Positions 1 through 11,280 of a stretch of 64,000 nucleotides of DNA are shown here, in pieces. How positions within the stretch are numbered: the first letter of the stretch is position 1; each line of letters begins with the position of its first letter. Both the position numbers and the translations under genes were made by a program. Under the pieces are notes generated by a model. That model saw nothing but the letters and a program-made list of their open reading frames with translations, was not told where the DNA came from and did no database searches. The stretch is taken from the NCBI GenBank assembly GCA_002633005.1, contig NMRA01000054.1, forward strand, positions 190,952-254,951, in the 5' to 3' direction. Source of the stretch: Phoronis australis (lineage: Eukaryota; Animalia; Phoronida).

Positions 1-383
1 CTTCTTTAGGCTCTGACATCACAATTTTGTGCTGTTTGATAAACCTTGAATTATACAGACATCACATTCCATGGGAGCAGCCATATTGAAGTAACTAAGC
101 ACAACAATACAATCTGGCTCTCTGATTGGTCAATTCACTAGAAAAGCGCCATCAAGTGGCAGGAATGTGCATCATATGTTGTGCAACAAAAACACCTTTT
201 TTTAAAAAAATGTGCAAGTGTAGACGTGGGAACTTTTTGGAATTTGATTTATAGGTATATTATCTAGCCACATAGAAAAAACTAGGTTGCCCCCCCAAAG
301 TACTCACAAGGATGAACGCTATGAGATCTGGCCCACCGACTACTAGCCATGCAGACTAGTAATCACTGGCTGCCCGAGCTTAC

Positions 384-465
384 TCGACTTTTACTGACGT
401 GGTTATGTGTGGTCTTGAACTAGTTCTATGTAACGCAGACCGTTTTTGGTTGTTTTTTGAGATTT
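384..465 (-). CDS. Possible internal exon of a divergent minus-strand gene
   Basis: Minus strand shows a pyrimidine-rich acceptor (gttttgtcttgttttcacccacaag) and a GA|GTAAGC donor. The frame is open (ISKNNQKRSALHRTSSRPHITTSVKV). No homology recognised. Confidence 0.25.
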
Positions 466-1113
466 CTTGTGGGTGAAAACAAGACAAAACGACAACGCTC
501 TGAGGTGTGGAAACTTTTTTCTTAGCACTTGCTCGCACCTTTACCACACAGCTCAACAAATGCGTTAAAAACTTTACCAAGGAAACTTAATAAAGTCCAA
601 CTTTCTTGTCCTATGGGAAGATCGAAAAAGATTCTCGAGATGTTAATTTGGACAAAGAATCAAAGACGAGAAATTAGAAGGGCGGATCTTCAGAAAAGAG
701 GGACTGAACCAAGAATGTGACAGAGGAGAAACAAATGGCGTTCCTGAATGTTATCGTATCTCGTGTCAATATTAGATTTTATGTAAAAATATATTCGGCT
801 CCTGAAACTTCATGCAGTTACCGTAATATTGCTAACGATGTCCATTTTAAAAGCTGATATTCACCGAAAGTTTCCGTGGCATGTTAATAAATCAGTGGCG
901 TTACTTTTTTTAACTCCGGCTTCATCATTTCTCGTCATCACACTTTTGGGCCAGACCTTTCCATTGGGAAGTTAAGGCTTCCAATTGACAACCAGTAGTT
1001 CACATGCTATGATAAGTCCTTTACGCAAGAGAGTCCCTTTTTGAGAATTGTTCGTGGATATTTTCCCGAATGTTTAAATATCTATCACATGAACGCAATA
1101 ATTGCGTTACTAT

Positions 1114-2078
1114 AGAGGTCTCGCAAAGCGACACGAACGTGAATTACGACCATACGTAATTGCGGGTGCCGCTAGATAGAAATATATGTTGAATGTGAAA
1201 AAAGGCGTTTCTACGAACTCCTGCAAATTTGGTCAACTCTTGGAATGCGACATTTATTTGTAGTTTCAAATAAATAGATGCATGTAAATTAAGCATGTGA
1301 ACAAAATAACAACACAAAGCCATATCTGTTAAAAATCTGTTCTACTTCGATGATATTCAGCAAATCCCGGCAAAATAAGGATTTTGAAAAAAGTGTTGCC
1401 TCTCTTGTAACTAAACTTTAAGATCATTTATAAACAAAGGAATCGTGTTCATTCTACACTGAAGCAAGAAAAAAAGATTGAGAGCCTTATCAAAATAAAA
1501 ATCTTTTTGTTGTCTTACCAAATAAGAATTAAAAAGCGAGGTGAACGGAAATGATCACGCATTTATAATTCCGCGTCGTACAAGTCATTGTTGGCTGTTA
1601 ATTCTTAATTAATAAGACATCCAAATTATTTTTACTTTGACAGGGGACTCAACCTTTATTCTTTGCTTCAGTGTAAAACGAGCACGATTGTTTTGCCTAT
1701 AAATGTTTTTAAAGTTTATTCGCAAGAAAGCACCCTTTCCAAAATCCTTATTCTGCCGGGGTTCGCTAGATATCATCGAACTAGAATGAATTTTTAACAG
1801 ATATAATTTTGTGTCTGTTAATTTTTTACATGCTTGATTTACATCTTTTTTACGTAAAAGAAGTTGCATTGTCAGAGTGACTTTCAAGTTTTTTGTAACT
1901 ACTGTAAGCGGACATGTACCAGGCCTACAGTAACTGGACACAGTGAGCTCAGTCATTCAGTTCACGTTTAGTTTTACGCTCACGGAAACATTTAGCTTTA
2001 GCGTATTACCGTAACGTGAATCGACGCGCAATTAAGTATGCGCTATAATTCACGTTCACGTCACTTTGCGAAACCTCT
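1114..2078. mobile_element. Foldback (palindromic) non-autonomous DNA transposon / MITE
   Basis: About 50-bp imperfect TIRs (agaggtctcgcaaagcgacacgaacgtgaatta... / ...taattcacgttcacgtcactttgcgaaacctct). Internal arms ~1285-1530 and ~1598-1845 are also inverted copies of each other. Confidence 0.8.
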
Positions 2079-2205
2079 CTATTCATTATTGCGTTAAAAC
2101 TGGAAAATATTCTCAAATTTTCCGCAAAAGAGACTTGCATAAACAGACCTGATACCATCAAGAGGGGCGCGTGGACGTGACACGCAAGAATGTCGCAATC
2201 ACGCT

Positions 2206-2671
2206 ATGGAACAAAATGGTGGTAGCGATGATAGTGAAGATGAAATATCTTATGAAAGACAGTTGAAGGAACTTGACAGACTAGCCAAGGCAGCACAACA
2301 AGAAGTTAGGGCGATTATTCGAAGTACACCTTCGTTTTTGTTATCGAAAGCAGAGATTGAGACAATTCTTAAGTCCGGTCAAAACGAGGAAATAGAAAAG
2401 GAAATTCAGAAAAAACAACAGAAACAACAGCAATTACAACTGAAGCAGGTCCAACAACGTTTTGACAAGGAACATTTCTTTAACAGCAGTGTAACACTGA
2501 ATACAGCTTCAAAATCAAAAAGAACAGAAAGTCTTAACAGCAGAAGCTACCAGATCACGACAGACGTGAAAGGCACCAAACCTGCTGAACCAAAACCTAT
2601 TGGGAATTATACTAACCACATTGTGACTCAACCAAGCCAACCTAGTCAGGGAAAGTCTGGTCGTTTATCTG
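2206..2671 (+). CDS. Gene 1, putative first coding exon (acidic N-terminus, Q/K/E-rich coiled coil)
   Basis: ORF from ATG 2206 with protein-like composition. Strong donor G|GTGAGA at 2671/2672 (phase 1). Its junction to the next exon is unresolved (see findings). Confidence 0.6.
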
Positions 2672-3487
2672 GTGAGATGATAAACATACGAGATGGGTTG
2701 TGTCATTTTGTGACATTTTGACGGAACAGAAATTAATAAAACATGTTTCACATGAACTAGAAAAAATGAAATGTGCAAAGTAGCTTTGCAACAAGTACAA
2801 GTCGAGTCCCATTTACGTTGCTTAATTTGGCAACAATACAGAAGTTACTGTGTTGCGGTGGGGGAGGTAACTTGCCAGCTGATTTTCCAAACTGTAGGAA
2901 AACCATAGTCATTCCGAATTAAGTCCCTCAGGTTCACAAAATAGTTTTAAATTTTTTTCAGAACCATGACAGAAAAAATATTCTCAACCCGTAGCATACT
3001 TTCAAGGCTGTCGCCAAGTTAAGAACAGTGCCAAGATGCCGTCCACGGTTGACGAACCCTTCTAAAATGTAGCTGCTTCATAAACTCTGGTTGCCGATTC
3101 CTTGTGATGGCAGGAATTATTCGCCATCATGGAAGCGAAATTTCAACACCCATTTCTAGGACTAATTTTCCTATTTAATGATTGTTGTGTTCAAGCCTTG
3201 TGTCTCGTTTTACTTCAAAAGTGTACGCGATTCAAGGCACATGTCGCTACCTAAAGTAATGTACTTTTTCGTTTCATTAACTTGCATAAGCACGTACATC
3301 TTGTGTTTGCAGTTTTTACATTTTTGTATGTTTTATTAATGTTGAAAACACGTGAACATCTACCGTTTAGTAACGGATTAGTCTATCTTCACTTACGTTT
3401 TGGATATATACATGTAGTTTAAGCGTTTCGCATTTGTACATGTAGATGGTTAAATACGAGTTGGACGCGAGACATTTTCATTTTCAG

Positions 3488-3751
3488 GACGCTGATACCA
3501 AGGAGGAAGTTGATATGAAACGAAAGGCAAGCAAACCGAGTAAAATCTCAAACGGAGGGGCAAAAAACAACACGGGGAAGAGTGGAAGCGGCGAAACTCA
3601 GTCTTCATTAAGTGAGCATAGGTCAAGTAAGTCGGGTAGAAGTGGAACGGCAGAATCTACTTCAGTTAAGGACTTTGTGAGCGCAAACACTCCCCCGGAA
3701 AGGAGAACAACAGGAACTGCACAGGAGGGAGACAAAGTTCCGGTTGTACAG
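3488..3751 (+). CDS. Gene 1 exon (S/G/K-rich, disordered)
   Basis: Acceptor ttttcattttcag|GAC and donor CAG|GTACGT, both phase 0. Open frame DADTKEEV...KVPVVQ. Confidence 0.7.
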
Positions 3752-4375
3752 GTACGTTAAGGTACAGAATGTAGGTGTGTGCCAGTAAGTGCTCGTTAAT
3801 TCTTCAAATGACAATTAGGTAATGCAAACAACAGCTTGGATTGTTTTTCACCTGTGAAATTTACTGATGAGTAGAAGACTGTCGATAACAGACTTTTGAT
3901 TACGAAATTCATTTTACTATGAGAATTCTCTGTGTGAGGTTGCTTTCCAAAGAACATCATTTTTTTCTTTTGAAATTTTAGATCTTTCTTACACAAAAAC
4001 TGTTTGGTAGTCACGCGACATTCATAGTGAAAAAAATATTCTAAGTTCAATTTGAATGAAGTCTTCAGAATTAAAGATTGTGTTTTGGTCTTCAGTAGAG
4101 TCCAATTCATCGGTTGAGAAATAAAAAGTAACACCTTATACACAATTGCTTGGAAAATTAGGTCAATATAGGTTATAGTTTACATTTTTCTAAAGGGCAA
4201 CTTTTTTTCTTTCCGTCAAAAAACAACATTTTGCCATACACATACCACAATGGCTTTGAAGCAAAGAAAAAACAATGAACATTAAAAATTGCATAGTACA
4301 TGTGCAGTTTACGGTACTGTAAATAAAATTCACAATAAGGTAGCTATAGTAACCTCATTGAATTCTACTTTTCAG

Positions 4376-6670
4376 GTCAGGATAAGCGATAAAAGTGTTG
4401 CAATTGGAAGAAAGGTTACAGAAGACGCAGTAACACAGGCGCTTGCCCAAACACTCTCGGAGGACATAACTCAAAGAAGTCTAACACTTGTGAACGTTGA
4501 ACATTCGTCTCCACAAGCAACGAAGACCGCAAGCTCAAATTTTTTGCAACCTGCAGTGGAACAACCAGAAGAGGCCACAGAGTTGGAAACAGACGACAAA
4601 GACAAACAAACTGGTATCGTTGACAAAACGAAACTTGATGAATTTAACAGTGCAGATAATCTATTAGGCAAAAAAGGTGACAATATTGGTCAAATGGAAG
4701 ACGGTGAGGTTCAAAATCAAGAGGACGGGTTAGGCAAAACAGGTGATTACGGTGAACAAACGGTAAAAGGTGAAGTTGAAAATGAAGAAAATGTGTTAGC
4801 TGAAACTGATGACAATGCTGACCAAATAAAAGAAGATGGGGTCGAAAATGAAGACAACATGTTAGGTGATGTTGGTGATAACACTGGTCAAACAAACGAA
4901 GTTGAGGTTGAAAATACAGTCAAAACAAATGAAAACGTTGATCAAAGAAAAGAAGTTGATTTTGAAATTGTAGATAATGTGTTTGGCGAAACAGGTTATA
5001 ACCCCGACCAAACAAAAGAAGTTGAGGTTGAAAATGCAGATAATGTGTTGGACGAAACACATCAACAGACTACACATGAAACTGATTCGCTAGACAAAGC
5101 AACGAAATTTCAGCAAGATGAAGAAAAAATGAAAATTGTCCATAAATCACTAATAGTTAATGAAACAGATCAAGACAATCTAGATTTAGAAAGTGATCCT
5201 GGGAGGTATACCTCCGATAATGGTGGCAAAGGAGGGAGTTTAACATCAAGGGCATCCAAAAGGGGTAGTCTAGACAACTCAAGAAGGCAGTCGTCATTTA
5301 CCGGAGAAGTGTCTAAGCGAGACTCCACATACTCACGAAGGGAATCCGATGAGCTGGCTAAAACGTCTAGGAAGAAGGAAGAAACGTTCAAGCGCGTGAG
5401 TCCTCGCGACAAAAGAATGAGTGTTCAGGCGGAAAAACCCAGAAGATCTTTTGGTGGCGGCCGCAGATTATCCATGCCTATTGGAAAACAAGTGCGCCTT
5501 GGACAAAGTGGCGGAACCGAATCGGTTACACCAAGTGTAGTCGTAAACCATGCTTCGCAGGACGGTAATGCATTAGACGTTGTTCAGTTCAAATCCCGGT
5601 TGATTTCAACGCCTAGTTTAAAGGAAATTGCACACAGCACTAGCGATTTTGCTCACTCAGGTCCTGAGGGAGGGAAAAGTGAATTGTTTCAACGTGTACC
5701 TTCCAAAAAAGAGCTCGTGGCAGTTCGTGAAGACAAAAAGAATTCGTTTTTTATAACAGAAAACTACCACGATGGTGAATTAGAAAATTTAGAGGAACTA
5801 CCTGACATAGCAGAGTACAAACGCAAGCAGCGAGCTGCGCGCAAATTAAAATCAGCGCACTCTATGGACGAAGAGAGCAAACACAGTGTGGAAACAATAA
5901 CGGAAGATAAAGAGGAGAAAGAAACTGAAACTACAGAACACGTGCAGAAAGAAAATACGCCTTTGGAGAAAAAGATTTCTTTGGTAGATCGAGAAACGTC
6001 GACAGATGTCCTTTGTGCTCATACAACCACCCAGACAAGCATCACAAATAATCCGGGTGATAAACTGGAGGACAACGAATCTCCAAAGCATTCCAAAAAA
6101 CGAAAAGTTCGCAAGCCTCAGCCACACACATACTATACAACAAACCGGTTGCTAGGCAAGAAACCCAAGATAAAACATTTCAATGTGATTCAGCGTTGCA
6201 CTGCTGAAAACATTGTCGAAACGGTGGAAACGCGGCTGCAACTTCGCGAAGATGCGGATGAAGGCCAAGAGAGACCAAAGATTCCGTTGATATTGGATTC
6301 AGAAGCATTTTGGAGGGATGACGAATTGAATATTGTCGTGAAAGCGAAAGGTAATTACGGACTGCAGCCCCTCCCCACGTTACGAAATGATTATTTAACA
6401 CTTATGCCCTTTGCTATCAATATAACATTCATTCGACACGATTCGTTACCCAAGAGACGAACAAGAATTGCTCACCGAGAGTTATTGAAATCACGTACAA
6501 GAACGCACCCTTCCAAGTGGATGCGTAAATTTTCTCCCACCAGAAACGACGTAATCGATTCGCGAGCCCAAGGTCCGGAGTTTATAACCTCGTTTACCGG
6601 AAATAGGTCTCAAGAATTTCCTTCGTTGCCACGAGTCAAGGGAACTGCATCGCCGCCAAGTCCGAGGTGA
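4376..6670 (+). CDS. Gene 1 large terminal exon: disordered acidic/basic protein with a 22-aa repeat, an AKAP-like helix and a PKA-site cluster
   Basis: Acceptor aattctacttttcag|GTC in phase 0 matches the 3751 donor. 764 open codons run to TGA at 6668-6670. AATAAA at 6976. Confidence 0.8.
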   Translation, partial: VRISDKSVAIGRKVTEDAVTQALAQTLSEDITQRSLTLVNVEHSSPQATKTASSNFLQPAVEQPEEATELETDDKDKQTGIVDKTKLDEFNSADNLLGKKGDNIGQMEDGEVQNQEDGLGKTGDYGEQTVKGEVENEENVLAETDDNADQIKEDGVENEDNMLGDVGDNTGQTNEVEVENTVKTNENVDQRKEVDFEIVDNVFGETGYNPDQTKEVEVENADNVLDETHQQTTHETDSLDKATKFQQDEEKMKIVHKSLIVNETDQDNLDLESDPGRYTSDNGGKGGSLTSRASKRGSLDNSRRQSSFTGEVSKRDSTYSRRESDELAKTSRKKEETFKRVSPRDKRMSVQAEKPRRSFGGGRRLSMPIGKQVRLGQSGGTESVTPSVVVNHASQDGNALDVVQFKSRLISTPSLKEIAHSTSDFAHSGPEGGKSELFQRVPSKKELVAVREDKKNSFFITENYHDGELENLEELPDIAEYKRKQRAARKLKSAHSMDEESKHSVETITEDKEEKETETTEHVQKENTPLEKKISLVDRETSTDVLCAHTTTQTSITNNPGDKLEDNESPKHSKKRKVRKPQPHTYYTTNRLLGKKPKIKHFNVIQRCTAENIVETVETRLQLREDADEGQERPKIPLILDSEAFWRDDELNIVVKAKGNYGLQPLPTLRNDYLTLMPFAINITFIRHDSLPKRRTRIAHRELLKSRTRTHPSKWMRKFSPTRNDVIDSRAQGPEFITSFTGNRSQEFPSLPRVKGTASPPSPR
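4679..5062 (+). repeat. Coding tandem repeat, 66 nt / 22 aa, 6 units (one shortened to 54 nt)
   Basis: Units start at 4679, 4745, 4811, 4877, 4931 and 4997. Consensus is roughly DNxDQTKEVEVENEDNVLGETG. Confidence 0.9.
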
Positions 6671-7216
6671 AGCAGAACTGCCTATAAACATGCTTATACA
6701 TAAAAGTTTGAACGTGTTGGTTACAGTGCTGCAGTTAACCCCATTTGATGTGCCATCAGAAGAATGGCCTATGAATTATTTAGGTTGTCCTGTACACTTT
6801 TGGATGCCACCTAAAATAATTCCAAAAAGATAAAATGTCAGTGTATTGTGCTTTCAATAATTGTCTTATGTTTTCGACACAATACATGCTTGATTTAGCG
6901 CCAACCGACGTGATAAGATTTGGATCAAATGACAGAAAATCGTTGCCCAAAAAAAAACTTGTCCGTTGCTTCAAGAATAAACCAAGAAAAACGCTTTGAT
7001 AAGAGTTACACTCTCAATTATTTTTTTACCTAACGGTTTTATTTATGCTTACAATAGTATAAGTAAGAAACTAACATTGGTTTAAAACATATGTGCATCT
7101 TCGGTAATCATTCGCTTCAAAAAAATTCAATTAAATGGTTGAGATTTGTCCAAACTGATGCCGATAGGTCATGAATCTCTCATCTCTAGAAATTCGCGCA
7201 ATTGGGAAACAGTGAG

Positions 7217-7251
7217 TGACGTCATCTAGTCGAATTCAAACTAGATGACGT
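7217..7251. promoter_or_regulatory. CRE (TGACGTCA) overlapping a 12-bp inverted repeat, upstream of gene 2
   Basis: TGACGTCA at 7217-7224. acgtcatctagt (7219-7230) and actagatgacgt (7240-7251) are inverted, giving a second CRE half-site. Lies 60-90 bp before ATG 7310. Confidence 0.45.
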
Positions 7252-7309
7252 TATTCTTTTAATCGTTGCACTATTTTCGAAAAGGATATCGAGTCATAAG
7301 AAGTTTTGG

Positions 7310-8342
7310 ATGCAAATGTCAACGCTTTCAAGCTATGTGACACAACATTTATTAAGCAACAGCTTTTTTACGTCATTTCTGGAAAGTTTGCATCTTCTTG
7401 CAATACATGTTTGGTTATCTCTCTTTGACGTTGGAAAGTTTGCATACGGATGTTTACTTCAACCACTTCCTTTTATTTTTGGTGCCTGTGAACACAGTTT
7501 GTCGCTATTGCCGCAAGCACCAGGTTTAGCGTATCACGTAGTAACTGGATTAACATCGTATTCATTTGATTCAGTCACCAAAACCATGTCGTTCATATTA
7601 AACACTTTGCGTTATGCCTGGAACAATATGCGAGGTGTTGAAGACTCGGAGAATAACTACATCGTAGGATTTTCGAAGGAAGATAACTTATATGACATTA
7701 TCTGGCAAGTCCTATATTACCCCCTGTCAGGTGTTTTGTTTCTTTTTGAATCGCCAACTCAAGAAGAAGAAAGGGATTTAGTGAATTACTTGGACTTAAA
7801 CGTGATCTATCATTTTAGTCAACCGTTCAGAAATATTTGGACTCGATTCTTTGATGGTGGAAACTGCGACGAGCCGGAGAAATGTATAGATGTGTTCAGG
7901 CCTTTCGTTGAATCGTTCAGCCGTTTAAGTTCAATGGTACTAAATGCTACTTTATCGCCAAGCATGACCATCTCGGGGATGTACAACTCTATTGAAGGAA
8001 GTCTTCATTCAAAGAGTTTCTTCTCTGAAATGTTTGCCAGTCCAAACTCATTACAAACCATCTGCACCATTGGGTCCATACTATGTTTCTTTGTTGTCTT
8101 AGGCTTGACAAAGTCATATCTAAACAGACGTGATCAGTCCGGATATAAAAGCCAAGATACTCCGAGCACAGGATCCAATATCGTCTTGTTCATTGTTGGA
8201 ATAATGACCATTTTAATTCGCATGCCAATCTGGATGGTGAAATCTACTGACTATATAGAGTACTCCCACCAGTCGTTACAGCAAAGAATTATTGGAAAAT
8301 TGTTCTCACCAGTTATTTCAACATTCTATTTGATGGCGCAAG
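7310..8342 (+). CDS. Gene 2 exon 1: hydrophobic N-terminal region with predicted TM helices
   Basis: Long ORF with hydrophobic segments TICTIGSILCFFVVLGL and IVLFIVGIMTILIRMPIWMV. Donor CAAG|GTTTGT (phase 1) joins 8623 in frame. Confidence 0.75.
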
Positions 8343-8622
8343 GTTTGTTGCTTTTTAAAATAGATTCATCGACCATTGAGAAACTATTTAAACGGAAAAC
8401 ATGGACATAACGCTTAAAAGACTAAAATCAGTGTACGACATTTTTCAAAATATTGTTTTCGGTAATGGTGGGTTTTTGTTGTATTCAAAGGGAATCTCAA
8501 TAAAAGAATTAACTTACAACTAATTTCAAACAATCATCAGTAAAACAAGCCCACGCAAATGCATGAATAAAATAAATAAATAACTACTCTGATTCTAAAT
8601 AATATTTAATTTTGAATTATAG

Positions 8623-10376
8623 CATGGAATTTTTTTGGAAGGTGTATCAAAATGAGATCCAAAGACTCCAGTGTTTTTCACTTCACTCCATCAAGCTCAG
8701 AAAAAGCGCTGTTGCATCGCAGAAACCAGCATCTCCAGACTGAAGGTCCCTTTATGGACATCTTTGATAAGGATGACGACACCAGCATGGAATATACGGA
8801 CGATCTATCGCCGTTACAAAGTTACCCTAAACAGAACATAGCTAGAGCCAGAATAATACTCTCGAAGCATTCTTCACAAATAACTTCTGAAGCAGATGAC
8901 AACAGCAGATGTGAATTCTCAAACCAAACTGAGTTCATGAACGTATTTGGTAACAAAAATGAAGACGAGTTGACCAGCGAAGACTTGGTACCAGGGTGTG
9001 AAGACGTAGTGAAAGTCAAGAAAGATCTTAAAAATCATGGTAGCGTGTCTGAATCAATTTTTTCAAACAAAGCTACAGTCAAGTCAATGGTATGGGAACA
9101 AAAGTTCAATCGCCCTCTTCACGACACACTTGATAAGAATCACAAATCAGAAAATGCTGTATCTGATATCAGATTGAAATTAAATAGCTCGCAGATCCAA
9201 CCTTCAAACACTGGTCACCATATCACCACACACTTGGAAAAAACAGAGATGAATCCCGGCCTTTCTGTTCAGGAGGGGGCGTTGCAAAAACAGGACGATA
9301 ACGAACGGGCGCACATTGAGGGCGATGACGAAAGGACCGACAGCGAGAACGCAGTAACATACAAGAACATACCTACAAGACCACAAGAATATCAAATAAC
9401 AGACTTGTTCGCCAAAACGAGTAATGACCTTTTTCAAAGAATTCTCAAAGAAGCGAGAGTTCTGATGACGTCGCAAAATGCAAGACCGGAATCAGAAACA
9501 AACATGGAAACAACAAGCCTAGAAACCATTCAAAGGTTGGGTTCCAATGACTTATTTATGAAAACGGTGATCAAAGAAGCAGCAAGACTTATGTCAAACG
9601 AACGTATGGAGAATGATGTAAGCTGCACTACAGAAAAAAGTTCGCCTACACTTGAGTCCAAGCAGCAAAACATTAATTTCAATGCACATGCTTTACCAAG
9701 AGATGGAAGTGATGGTCCAGGAGATGAGATGACGAAGACGTTACAAGGACAAGAAAACAATGACGAGGTCAAGCAGCTAGGGAATTCTTTTATACAAAGA
9801 ATAACCAAAGTAGCTAAAACTTTAATGGCTCCTAACAAATTAAATGACGACGAAAGAGAGGCAGAGGCGCTTCAAGCAGATCAAACCGCTAGAAGTATTA
9901 GCTACAGTGATATATTTGTTCATAGAGTCTTGAACGAGGCCATAAATCGTCTAACCGAAGAATTGGTTCAAAATCCAGATGTCAATGGCCAAGTTAATAG
10001 TCAAAGTTCCCCAGAAATTAAAGATAATGGTGTTGTCGACATCGTTCTTATTGGAAAGACTACAGAAACGATCAAAACAAAGAGGACAGATGCAAGTGAC
10101 TGTAACAAGGCAAAGAATGAAGGGGACTTGGTAAAGGCTATTGGATTACATAGTATTCAAGAAAATTCCGACAAACCGCCTGAAGAAATGTGTGAAAAGG
10201 CATTCCCTGACGAAGATGAGCGGCTGCAAGTTGTTAGCATCTGTAAGGAAGACATGGTTTCAACTGATACCTATAACGGGCATGCCAAGAATGGCCAAGG
10301 AAAGTGTACTAAGCTCTCGATAGAATATGAGAACTTGTGTGATCTTTATATCATCAGATCTGCTGATAAACTAACG
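8623..10376 (+). CDS. Gene 2 exon 2: disordered region with 4 AKAP-like helices and the start of the RanBD-like domain
   Basis: Acceptor tttgaattatag|CA (phase 1) gives ...MAQ-A-WNFFGRCIKMRSKD. The frame stays open to donor ACG|GTAAGT (phase 0). Confidence 0.8.
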
Positions 10377-10989
10377 GTAAGTTAGAAACATGCATTTTAT
10401 AATACTCACTTAGAGTATCAGAGTATTTTTTCATTGATGTCCCATCATATGTCAAAACCTTGTGATCCATAGCAGTAGCCGTCGACAAAAAGAATGGTTG
10501 CAGGCAGTGTTATGTTGCCGTGGTGCATTACGTTCCATTGTTACAGATGCATGACGACTACGAGTTTCCATGACGATACTAAAAGCATTGCTTATATTCA
10601 AGATGAAAAGGGACATTCACGATTGAACACATGCTCTCCTTAGCATTGATGAGTGTTTGATTCGAGAGTCGGTCTGAACGTTTACCGGGCACATGCCATG
10701 AATTAATAGTTTGATTTTGGTGATATTTAACTTGTTTGTTTGTAATACCAGTTGTTATTGGCATCTCGTATCTCGTACATGTAGGTTGCGAACACCTTTT
10801 GGGACATTATTGGGGACAAATAAAACAACAAGAATAATATATATTTTAAGTTGTATTGGGAATTTCAAGGTCACAGCCCTACAAATAAATATTTCACAGA
10901 AGGAACCAGATAGGCTCCTTAATTACAACAGATAACACACACATTTCCGATACCCAAAGTGTAATTGAATATCGGATACTAAGTGGCAC

Positions 10990-11280
10990 AGGTTAGCATA
11001 GTACCAAATGGGTACATATTACCAAATGGGTATTGGCCGATTGCCTACCAACTGGGTGGAGCAAAACTGCAAAATCAATAACGAGTACCAAGTGGGTACA
11101 AACTGCCAAATGGGCAAATATCATATAAAGTACCAAGTGGGTACACCAAACAGCCAACTGGGCTATAACAACCTGCAAAGCATGTTCCGGACAAGCTGAG
11201 TGAGCAGACCAGCCGGAGTGATAAAAAGAGATATTGCAAGGAACGTGGTGGTGTTGTGGCTCGGTATGTGCCGAGAGCTG
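10990..11280 (+). mobile_element. Interspersed repeat with an array of CCAANTGGG mini-hairpins (copy A, in gene 2 intron 2)
   Basis: Seven CCAANTGGG units followed by gctgagtgagcagacc. Homologous to an inverted copy at ~36120-36470. Boundaries are approximate. Confidence 0.65.

Noticed and set aside
3864-3892. CTGATGA hammerhead-like cores (also at 46336 on the minus strand and 48906)
   Set aside because: GAAAC is missing or stems I/II cannot form, so none is a viable hammerhead.
7310-8410. Stand-alone 366-aa single-exon membrane protein
   Set aside because: The in-frame GT-AG splice 8342-to-8623 makes it more likely exon 1 of gene 2, though a short read-through isoform is not excluded.
11001-11164. 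CRISPR-like repeat/spacer appearance
   Set aside because: Repeats are only ~13 nt with irregular short spacers, there are no cas genes, and the context is a eukaryotic intron.
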